DNA of 64,000 nucleotides from assembly GCA_963724295.1 (NCBI GenBank), contig CAVRUC010000013.1:128001-192000 (forward strand), read 5' to 3'. Positions 45,954-54,370 of the stretch are shown one piece after another. The notes beneath the pieces were generated by a model, which saw only the letters and a program-made list of their open reading frames with translations, ran no database searches and was not told the origin of the DNA. The position numbers and the translations under genes were made by a program. This stretch comes from an uncultured Chloroflexia bacterium. Lineage in GTDB: Bacteria; Chloroflexota; Chloroflexia; Thermomicrobiales; UBA6265. Each line of letters opens with the position of its first letter. Positions within the stretch are counted from its first letter, which is position 1.

Positions 45954-46951
45954 GCGTCTGGGCGACGGTCGATCATCTGCTGGACCGCGCCGAGGATCCC
46001 GCAGCGCTCCGCGCCCACGGCGTCCAATTGCTGGCGGCGCGGCGCTGGCGGGCGACGGGTCGGCCGGTCCCCGCCGCCCTGCTAGCGGACGAGCGGAGCG
46101 CGGCGATCGCCACCCTTGCCGTGCCGGTCCTGCTGGCACGGGTCCGCGCCGCCCTCAACGGCCCGATCGTGCTGCTGAAAGGACCGGAGGTCGCCGCGCG
46201 GTATCCCGACCCCGCGCTGCGCCCCCTCGGCGACCTCGATCTGCTGGTGCCGGACGCACCGGCCGCCGAACACGCCCTTCGCGCGGTCGGCTTCGAGCCG
46301 GCCGAAGGGGAGCAGACCGCCGCCCGCCAACCGCACCAGCCTCCCCTCCGCTGGCCGAACTCGCCGCTCCGGGTCGAGCTCCACCACACCCTTCCGGTGC
46401 CCGCCTGGTGCAGCCCGCCACCGGCTGACCAGATGCTGGCGGCGGCGGTGCCGGCCGCTATTGGCGATGGCATCCTGACCCTGCCCCCCGCTGCCCATGC
46501 CCTGCTCCTGGCGGGTCACGCCTGGGTCCATTACGGCCCCCGGCCCCGATTGCGGGATTTGGTCGATGTGGCGGTCATGACCGACGACCTCGACCTTGCG
46601 GAAATGGCCGATCTCGCCCGCACCTGGGACTTGCCGCGCGTCTGGCAGGCGACGGCCGGCGCCGTGGCCGCGCTCGGCCGCTCCCTGGACCCCAGTCCTA
46701 CGCCGTGGGGACGGCGGATGACACCCGTCCCGGTTATCCGGGAGCGGACCGTTGCTCAGGAGCATCTGGTGCGCTGGCTCGGCGCCTTCTGGGCGCCGAG
46801 TCCACGGGAGGTTCCCCGCGCGGTCGTGCTCACCGTCGGTCGCGACCTGCGCCCGCTGCCCGGCGAAGCCTGGTCCACCAAGCTACCTCGGATGGGCCAA
46901 ACCGCGCGTTGGGCCCTCGCGCCGGGGTCGAGACCGAACCGCTCGGGTTAG
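45950..46951 (+). CDS. Nucleotidyltransferase family protein (NTP_transf_5-like)
   Basis: VLLKGPEVAARYPDPALRPLGDLDLLV, VELHH, LRDLVDVA motifs; GTGA overlap with PqqD. Confidence 0.88.
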   Translation: MSVWATVDHLLDRAEDPAALRAHGVQLLAARRWRATGRPVPAALLADERSAAIATLAVPVLLARVRAALNGPIVLLKGPEVAARYPDPALRPLGDLDLLVPDAPAAEHALRAVGFEPAEGEQTAARQPHQPPLRWPNSPLRVELHHTLPVPAWCSPPPADQMLAAAVPAAIGDGILTLPPAAHALLLAGHAWVHYGPRPRLRDLVDVAVMTDDLDLAEMADLARTWDLPRVWQATAGAVAALGRSLDPSPTPWGRRMTPVPVIRERTVAQEHLVRWLGAFWAPSPREVPRAVVLTVGRDLRPLPGEAWSTKLPRMGQTARWALAPGSRPNRSG

Positions 46952-46969
46952 GACGGCGCCCGATCCCGT

Positions 46970-47037
46970 TGGCTAAATTGAGCCAGCCGAATGTAGCTCC
47001 TTGTTGGGATGGGCCGCTGGCGTCCGGCATCTAATCT
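46970..47037 (+). promoter_or_regulatory. Activator-type promoter of manC-manA: tandem boxes plus -10
   Basis: TGGCTAAATTGAGCCA (46970) and TAGCTCCTTGTTGGGA (46994, +24 nt); TAATCT at 47032, 22 nt after the box. Confidence 0.7.
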
Positions 47038-47233
47038 AATCTGTAACGTACAGCTGGCTCGTGCTTCGTGCCGCGCCGTCGACCGGGGATGGCAGCGCTG
47101 GGGATCCTTTCGCTTGCCGTCCGGGTTCGCGCTCACCCTTCACCGCCGGCCCTCAAAGACGTCCATGGTGTTTCTTGCCGGTCGGTCCGCGTTCGGTGGC
47201 ACCCGGGAGAACGAGCGCTCGCAGGAGATAGGC

Positions 47234-48370
47234 ATGACGACGATACCGAGCTTCGGATTGGCCCTCACACCTGGAGGGGGCGGACGGCGGATCGTTTTGG
47301 GCGGTCATCCCCGCCGGGGGATCCGGGACCCGCCTCTGGCCGCTAAGCCGATCTGCTCACCCCAAATTCCTCCTCCCCCTGCTCGGCGACCGCTCGCTGC
47401 TCCAGGGAACGGCTGATCGGCTGGAACGCCTCGCTCCCCCGGAACGGACGTTCATCGTCTGTGGGCCGGCACACTGTGATCCGGTGTCCGCGCAGCTCCC
47501 GCATTTCCCCGCGACCAGCTTCATCGTCGAGCCCACGCCGCGGGGTTCGGGACCCGCGATCAGCCTCGCCGCGGCAATCATTGCTCGCCGTGATCCTGAG
47601 GCAATCATGGGCAGCTTCGCGGCCGATCATGACGTGCGCGATAACGAGGCCTTCTCGTGCGCGGTTCGGGTTGCGATCGAGGCGGCCAAGGCTGATTGGC
47701 TGGTCACCATCGGCTTGTCACCTGTGCGTCCTGAGACGGGCTACGGCTACATCGAGTCCACCGAGGAGGCGATCGTCACCACGGAGGACGGTAGCGCTTT
47801 CCGCACGATGCGCTTCGTCGAGAAGCCCGACCTTGCGACGGCTACGATCTACGTCGAGTCCGGGCGCTTCCTGTGGAACGCGAGCATGTTCATCTGGAAG
47901 GTTCGTCACCTTCCTGGATGAGCTCGCGCGGCTTCAGCCAGCTCTGCACCTCGGCGTCACGCAGATCGCTGCCGCCTGGGGGACTCCAGAGCAGGAACCA
48001 GGTCGTTGCGGAGATTTGGCCAACCTTACCTGAGTCAACAATTGATCAAGGCGTGATGGAACGGACCCCGCGTGTCGCGGTGGTGCCGGCAGAGATGGGG
48101 TGGTCCGACGTCGGGGATTGGCATGGTTTAGGTGAGCTTCTCGACCACGATGAAAACGGCATCAGCGGTCACGCTGACCTTGTTCATATGCGAAGTCGCG
48201 ACAGCGTCGTCTGGTCGGAGACCAAACGGGTGATCGCGCTCGTCGGGCTCGACAACATCGTCGTGGTTGATACGCCGGACGCGCTCTTGATCGCGAATCG
48301 ATCCGATGCACAAGAGGTGCGCGGCGTGGTTGGCGCACTCACGCAGTCGATGCGGAGTGAGTTGCTGTGA
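47234..48370 (+). CDS. manC: Mannose-1-phosphate guanylyltransferase (several indels)
   Basis: Reconstructed WAVIPAGGSGTRLWPLSRSAHPKFLL, VEPTPRG, ADH, PETGYGYIE, FVEKPD, LWNASMF, IDQGVME, WSDVGDW, VVVDTPDALL. Confidence 0.85.
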
Positions 48371-49450
48371 ACCAGCTGGTATGCGACTTCACCTCAGGCG
48401 CTGAATCGTCTCCATGGTTAGCAGATGGGGCTGGGCCCTTTCGGGTCGATCCTCGGCTGGATCCCAAACCGTGGGGAAGCCGAGGGTTGGCGCGGTTTGG
48501 CTTTCCGTTGCCATCGGGCATTCCCATCGGTGAGGCGCTGATCACAGCGGGAGACGCTCGGGCATATGGCGGCTCTGGGGTAGAAACTCGATCTTGGAGC
48601 GTTGGTGGCTGCCGACCCCGTCGGCATCGTGGGGCGCCGCGGATTGAGCGTAACCGCCAACCGACCCCTCTTCCCGCTCCTCGTCAAGCTCATCGACGCG
48701 GCTGAGAATCTATCGATCCAGGTGCATCCGGACGACGTTGCTGCAAGCACTGTGGGCAAGCTGGGCAAGACCGAAGCCTGGCACATCCTCGCCGCTGCAC
48801 CGGACGCGGTCTTGTACCTCGGACTCCGCACGGACGTCTCGATTACAGATTTTGCCGCATGTTGCAATCGAGGAGGTGAAACGGCGGGACTCCTCCGCCA
48901 GATTCCGGCAGTCCCTGGAACGACTCTGCTTATCCCGGCCGGAACAGTCCATGCGCTCGGTGCCGGCGTCCTTGTCTATGAGGTCCAACAGCCCTCGGAT
49001 CTGACGTACCGGCTCGACGATTGGGGACGTGTCGACGCAGCCGGTCGACCACGTGAGCTCCACATCGATTTGGGACTCTCCGTGATCGACGCCGGGTCTC
49101 GACCCGAGGTGATCCCACCTATCGCTCTTGGTCCTGGAGGCGGGCGTCTTCTGCTCGCGGCATGCCGGTACTTCGCACTGGAGCAACTGAACCTCGTCAC
49201 CGGGGCGGAGGAAACGCTCGCGCTTTCGGCGCCGGAGAGCGCGCAGGTCGTGACCTGCCTCACCGGGGAGGTGCACGTGACCGCAAACGATTCCACCGTT
49301 GCCCTTGCAGCCGGGGAAACGATGGTCATTCCTGCCGTATTTCACAGCGCGCGCGTGCGCGCGATTGTTCCAGCGATGCTGTTGCGGACGTGGGTACCAG
49401 ACCTGGACGCCGAAATCGAACTGAACCCGGGGCTCGCTTCACTGCGGAAA
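48367..49450 (+). CDS. manA: Class I mannose-6-phosphate isomerase (one indel; 3' end uncertain)
   Basis: KPWG, GEA, FPLLVKLIDAAENLSIQVHPDD, GKTEAWHIL, AGTVHA, YEVQQPSDLTYRLDDWGR, RELH. The frame reads to 49585 but runs through the next promoter. Confidence 0.85.
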
Positions 49451-49452
49451 GT

Positions 49453-49497
49453 TCCCTCATTTGAGGGAAGTGCGGCTGCCGAAACGCTCGCTACACT
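49453..49497 (+). promoter_or_regulatory. Activator-type promoter of DUF47 gene
   Basis: Perfect inverted repeat TCCCTCA-TT-TGAGGGA (49453-49468); TACACT at 49492 (23 nt after the box). Confidence 0.65.
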
Positions 49498-49518
49498 GAC
49501 GGCACTGGAGGAGGATCG

Positions 49519-50139
49519 ATGCGCGCAGTGCGGTTCTTGCCGGAGCGAACCGACTTCTTCGTCCCGTTTCGCGCAGCGGGGATGACTGTGGCCGAGGCCG
49601 CGCGACTGCTGACCGACCTCGTCACGGGGCAAGAGCATCCCGATCAGGCCGTCCCGCGATTGCGGGAACTGGAGTAGCGGGGCGACGAGATCACGCACGA
49701 GATCTTCACCGCCCTCGCGCGCAATCTCATTGCGCCGATCAGCTTCGAGGACATCCGGGCCCTGGCAAGCCAGCTGGACGACGTCACCGACGCGATCGAC
49801 GCCGTTGGCCAGCGGCTGGCGCGGAATAACTTGCTTCCCCCGACCGAGGTGACGCAACGACTGGCGCGCATCATCCAGGCACAGGCGGAGAGCATAGCGG
49901 CCGCCGTTCGGCTCATCGAGCATGGCAAGCATCGCGACGCCGTGGAGTGCGGCATCCTCCCCGAGGGCAAGGTGCTTTCGACGACGGGCCTGCTCACCAT
50001 CGAGCCGTCGGCAAGCGCGACCTTGGTCTGCCACGCTCATCTCGGCCCCGCCCTGGCCCCGGCCGAGGCGGTCGTTCTCACGGACTTGGACTGCGCCCTC
50101 GGGGAAGGTCGCCGAGTCGCGGATTGTGGTGCGACCTGA
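49519..50139 (+). pseudogene. DUF47/PhoU-like phosphate transport regulator with in-frame TAG (not in ORF track)
   Basis: GGAGGAGG plus ATG49519 MRAVRFLPERTDFF..RLRELE*RGDEITHEIF..APISFEDIRALASQLDDVTDAI; TAG at 49675-49677; C-terminal part degenerate. Confidence 0.75.
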
Positions 50140-50369
50140 TGGGGGCGTCGCGCGTACCTGCCACAACAACCCCGGCAGCGAGCCGTTCCACCTAGGTGAG
50201 GACTGAGCGCAGGTCCACCACTCACCCGCGCCCGACAGTCTGGACCCGCTGCTGGCAATAGCCCCTGCTTGACACTTCGGGCGCGGTTTGTGGACCTCCA
50301 ATGCGCCCTTACCGCTTATCAGCTCCGATGCGCCACCCCAGGTTCGCGCTTCGAAAACCTCGCCAAAAA

Positions 50370-50413
50370 TCCCTCATTTTGGGGAGGCGCCGCGCCGGTG
50401 CCGCACTGAGAAT
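50370..50413 (+). promoter_or_regulatory. Box plus near -10
   Basis: TCCCTCATTTTGGGGA (50370-50385); GAGAAT at 50408, 22 nt after the box. Confidence 0.55.
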
Positions 50414-50459
50414 AGGGGTGGCATCCTCAGAGCAGAATGAAGTCACAAAGGAGTGACAC

Positions 50460-50759
50460 ATGGAGTTCACACGGCACCTCGTCGAGGCGGGCATGCGCAT
50501 TGAGCTCGTGGCCTACGGTCGACGGGATGGCCGCTGGGAGGCGCATGTCGCCTCTTGGAGAGCCTTGAGACCTTCCCGCACGACAGCGGACTTGCTGATC
50601 CTCGCGGCGGATCTGACAAGCCGAGAGTCCTCGGCACTGTGGCCCTCGGTCAACGGACCCACCTCTGCCTGCGCCCTGGATGCGCTGGAAGCGGAGCTGC
50701 GCGAGCGGATCGGTACTGCCGCGGATGCGTTGGGCACCGCAACCGCACGCTCGGCATGA
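50460..50759 (+). CDS. Hypothetical protein
   Basis: AAGGAG RBS plus ATG; 99 aa. Confidence 0.55.
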   Translation: MEFTRHLVEAGMRIELVAYGRRDGRWEAHVASWRALRPSRTTADLLILAADLTSRESSALWPSVNGPTSACALDALEAELRERIGTAADALGTATARSA

Positions 50760-50808
50760 CGCGCCTACCGGATGTGACCTGGATGGCAGTCCTTGTTGGA
50801 GAGTAGCT

Positions 50809-51114
50809 ATGCCCGTCACCCTACTGGAGACACCACGCGGATCCCAGGAGACACTAGGATCACCCGCCGCCGCTTTCCGCTCGGTCATGACCCACGCGGG
50901 GATTGATCCTCGGCATGAGGCGGCGGATCTGCAGGAGGCCTTGCACCGGGCTATCGCCATGCACCGGTATTCGTGTAGCTGGACGAAGGTCCCTGCCGGG
51001 TGGGTGGTCGCGATCTCGTTCCCTGAGCCGCGCCGCTTCTTCGGCACGACGCTGGAGGAAGCGCTGGCCTGGTGCTTGGCCTGGGTCCGGGCACGAGAGA
51101 CAACGCGCCCCTAA
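50809..51114 (+). CDS. Hypothetical protein
   Basis: GGAG plus ATG50809; ends FFGTTLEEALAWCLAW. Confidence 0.55.
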   Translation: MPVTLLETPRGSQETLGSPAAAFRSVMTHAGIDPRHEAADLQEALHRAIAMHRYSCSWTKVPAGWVVAISFPEPRRFFGTTLEEALAWCLAWVRARETTRP

Positions 51115-51694
51115 CCCCGCGTCCTGCTCCGCTTCGCGTTGAGGAGCCCGCACTCGTGGACGCGACCGGCTTCGATACCTCACCGCGGCGAGTACTGCGT
51201 GCGCCCTTGGCCGGTCTGACTCTCGAGCCAAAGGTCCCAGGCTCCGCGCCCGGATTTCGCTGCGATGCCCCTTCCGGTGCTCCTGGTGTCGTCGCTCAAG
51301 CCGGCGTCTATCCCGCAGCGGCGCGATATTGCATTGCAGTGGACGGGCACCTCTTCAACGGAGCAGCAGTTGATGGACGATGAGTCCATCCTCATCAAGC
51401 TGGCAGAGGGATCGTCCGGGATCGTTCCAGACGCGTGAAGCGCCCGAATCTCGCACGAATGCCGGTGGGACTGTGGCTCATATGCCGCTTCAATATCGAC
51501 GATTCGCTGCTTGCGACGCACAGTGCTAGCGCGTTCTTGGCTAGAAGAACGGCACGAGCCCAGCAGGCTACTGAGGAAAGGGGAGAGCCACGATGATGGT
51601 CCGGTGCTCTTGGGGCACACCACAGCCTCCGGAAGGTTCGACCGAATCATCCCTCGTCGCGATCGCTCGCAGCCTGAAAGCGGCCGAGGAGCGC

Positions 51695-51822
51695 CTAAGC
51701 GGTTTGACAAAAGTAATGGACCGGTCGCGTTCGACAGTACCTGACGACTCGGCCGCGACCAGCAGAGATCGAGGCGTCCCCCAACCGTCACCCTGGTCCA
51801 AAACTTTTGTTGTTCTGCTTAG
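51695..51822. mobile_element. Putative MITE / internally deleted IS (128 bp)
   Basis: Imperfect 28-bp terminal inverted repeats CTAAGCGGTTTGACAAAAGTAATGGACC / GGTCCAAAACTTTTGTTGTTCTGCTTAG (21/28). Confidence 0.45.
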
Positions 51823-51873
51823 CGCCACTTGTCCCCGTTATTCGAGACGGACTGCTTCATCCAGGTAAGAAAT

Positions 51874-51917
51874 TAGCTGAATTGAGGGAGGACAAACTAA
51901 CCACGGCCCTCTAATCT
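51874..51917 (+). promoter_or_regulatory. Activator-type promoter
   Basis: TAGCTGAATTGAGGGA (51874-51889); TAATCT at 51912, 22 nt after the box. Confidence 0.65.
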
Positions 51918-52127
51918 AGGTCTGCCAGAGACAGGACGAAGAGTATGAATCACTCCTCTTTGCCTGTCAGTTCAGCCCGCATTGTGACAGTTGGACATTG
52001 ACGGGCACAGGCATCAAGGGGGTCCGAACCACTGGAACTCGCGGCCAGCATGGTGCCATCACAGCGATACGACTCCGACACGGGATGTGGAGCAGTACGA
52101 GGTGCGCTGGGCGGCACTGGAGATACC

Positions 52128-52415
52128 ATGACCATGGCTTTGCCTGAGACCAACGAGCAGGTGCCCAATCGGGCTTTGATGTCTGACCGGGTTGTTGCCG
52201 ACGCAAAGCGGCTCTATGGGAGCCTTGTGAACGAGGTTGTGCTCGAGCAACGTGCCCGTGAGGCTACGGCCGAGATCTGGACTGACTCGATCAAGGTAAC
52301 GCATTTTGTGCCAGTGCTAGCGCTGCGCAGGGTTCGAGAAATCCTTGTCGAAGCAGGCGAGTTCGCTCCGTTTCGGCAAGTTGCTGGGAATCGCGCTTCA
52401 CAAATAGATACGTAG
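52128..52415 (+). CDS. Small three-helix-bundle (DUF3562-like) protein
   Basis: GGAG plus ATG52128; KVTHFVPVLALRRVREIL motif. Confidence 0.6.
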   Translation: MTMALPETNEQVPNRALMSDRVVADAKRLYGSLVNEVVLEQRAREATAEIWTDSIKVTHFVPVLALRRVREILVEAGEFAPFRQVAGNRASQIDT

Positions 52416-52687
52416 CACGGTCTATCGACACTTCAGAACTGGCGGGCACCTCGTCGCTGACGGCCAGGTTGCTCTGCTTATTTACCCCGTTCGTTAGGAT
52501 GATGACCAGCAATCACCTGTGGACCATAACGACCACGACTTCCACCATGGCATAGCGTCGCTTAGATCGATATCGGCAGCTTGGGTGGCGCTACGTCAAC
52601 TGTGGGTTGAGAGCAAGTCCTCGTCAAGATTCCCGTTAGTTCCGGCGTGCCAATGCCACTGGCCGGCCACAGGCAAGAGGTGCAAGG

Positions 52688-54115
52688 ATGCGTGAACGTA
52701 ATAGCTGGGACGGCGCCGATGCTGCCCAGATCGATGCCCTGTTCAAGGCGTACGACGTCCGAGGTTTGGCACCCGACGAGTTGACGCCGGAAATTGCCTA
52801 CGCGATTGGGCGAGCGCTGGTGGCGTCCTTGGAGCTGGACGAGGTGGCAGTCGGACGTGATATGCGGGTCTCAGGACCGGCGCTATCGGCGGCATTGATC
52901 GATGGGATCCGCGATCAGGGCGCCGATGTTACCGATATCGGCCTCGTCTCGACCGACGCCCTCTACTTCGTGGTCGGCAGGTTCGGCTATTCAGCCGGAG
53001 TGATGGTGACAGCCTCGCACAACCCGGCCAAGTACAACGGTCTCAAGATCTGCCGAGAGGACGCACGTGCCCTTTCCCTCTCTACCGGCTTAGCCGAGAT
53101 TCGTGACTTGATGCTGCAGGCGCATCTGCCGATCCTGAATGGACGGCGTGGCGCGCTCAAGCGGCAAGATATGCTTGATGCGTACGTTGACCACGTGCTC
53201 GGGCTGGTGGACGTCGCGAAGATCAAGCCGTTGAAGATTGCTGTCGATGCCGGCAATGGGATGGCAGGGCTGACTACTCCCCAGATCTTCAGACATCTCC
53301 CCTGCACGATTGTTCCGCTCTATTTCGAACTCGACGGCACGTTCCCGAATCACGAGGCCAATCCACTCGAGCCCGAGAACGTCGAGGAGCTGCAGCAGGT
53401 GGTGCTGCGGGAAAGGTGCGACCTGGGGGTCGCCTTCGACGGTGATGCCGACCGAATGTTCCTGATCGACGAGCGTGGACGGTTCATTAGTGGCGACATG
53501 GTTACGGCGATCGTCGCGGCGAAGATGCTCGAGCGCGACCCCGGCGCCGCGGTCGTCTACAACCTGATCTGCTCGCGCGCGGTACCCGAGGCCATTGTCC
53601 GGCTCGGCGGGCGACCCATCCGCTCCCGCGTGGGTCACTCCTACATCAAGGAGACGATGCGAGCCGAGGATGCCGTCTTTGGTGGCGAGCACTCTGGCCA
53701 CTTCTACTTCCGGGACAACTGGTACGCCGATTCGGGCATGATCGCATTACTGACCGTGCTCGAGCTCCTCTCTGAGGCGGACCGTCCGCTGTCGGAGCTC
53801 CTGCGACCCTTGGACCAATACGTCCGGTCGGGTGAGATCAACTCAGATGTCGTCGATCCGGCCGCAACGATGCACGCTGTTGAGGCATTCTATGAGGGCT
53901 CGGCGTCGACGATTGATCACTTGGATGGCGTAACGATCCAGTTTTCCGACTGGTGGTTCAATCTCCGGCCGTCCAATACGCAGCCCCTGCTGCGCTTGAA
54001 TGTGGAGGCGGACGATCCTGAGACTCTGAACAGCAAGGCCAAGGAGGTCCTACGCCTGATCCGGTCGATGCCCGACTCAACCCCTCTCGTCCACCAGACA
54101 ACCGCTATTGCGTAG
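52688..54115 (+). CDS. manB: Phosphomannomutase/phosphoglucomutase
   Basis: FKAYDVRG, TASHNP, DGTFPNH, DGDADR, GGEHSGH, RPSNTQPLLRLNVE. Confidence 0.95.
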   Translation: MRERNSWDGADAAQIDALFKAYDVRGLAPDELTPEIAYAIGRALVASLELDEVAVGRDMRVSGPALSAALIDGIRDQGADVTDIGLVSTDALYFVVGRFGYSAGVMVTASHNPAKYNGLKICREDARALSLSTGLAEIRDLMLQAHLPILNGRRGALKRQDMLDAYVDHVLGLVDVAKIKPLKIAVDAGNGMAGLTTPQIFRHLPCTIVPLYFELDGTFPNHEANPLEPENVEELQQVVLRERCDLGVAFDGDADRMFLIDERGRFISGDMVTAIVAAKMLERDPGAAVVYNLICSRAVPEAIVRLGGRPIRSRVGHSYIKETMRAEDAVFGGEHSGHFYFRDNWYADSGMIALLTVLELLSEADRPLSELLRPLDQYVRSGEINSDVVDPAATMHAVEAFYEGSASTIDHLDGVTIQFSDWWFNLRPSNTQPLLRLNVEADDPETLNSKAKEVLRLIRSMPDSTPLVHQTTAIA

Positions 54116-54179
54116 TGCTGACGAGGGAGCGCCGTACTCGCCGAAGTCTCGGAGCTTGACCCCTCACGACAAGCTCGAC

Positions 54180-54326
54180 GGATGCGTTGCAGGATTCGGC
54201 AGCGCCTATTCCAGGCGGATCGAACCCCGCTTGCAGACGATCCGCAAGCTCGCGGCCGCCTTGCGAGTCGAGCCGCTGGAGATCGATGAGTTTCGGAAAG
54301 CCATTGAGGTAAAAGTGGCCGCCTAG
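54180..54326 (+). pseudogene. C-terminal remnant of an XRE-type HTH protein
   Basis: PRLQTIRKLAAALRVEP, a typical XRE C-terminal half; the N-terminal helices are not recognisable. Confidence 0.5.
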
Positions 54327-54370
54327 GGAGTGCCTAGGCGGCGCCGCGCAGCCGGTGAGTCAAGCACCGG

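Noticed and set aside
43824..46951. Canonical lasso peptide cluster or PQQ biosynthesis
   Set aside because: No lasso cyclase, B2 peptidase or pqqBCE in the window, and the putative core lacks Asp/Glu at positions 7-9.
49675..49677. Pyrrolysine or recoded TAG in the DUF47 gene
   Set aside because: No pyl machinery is seen and the gene's tail is also degenerate; a nonsense mutation or base error is more likely.
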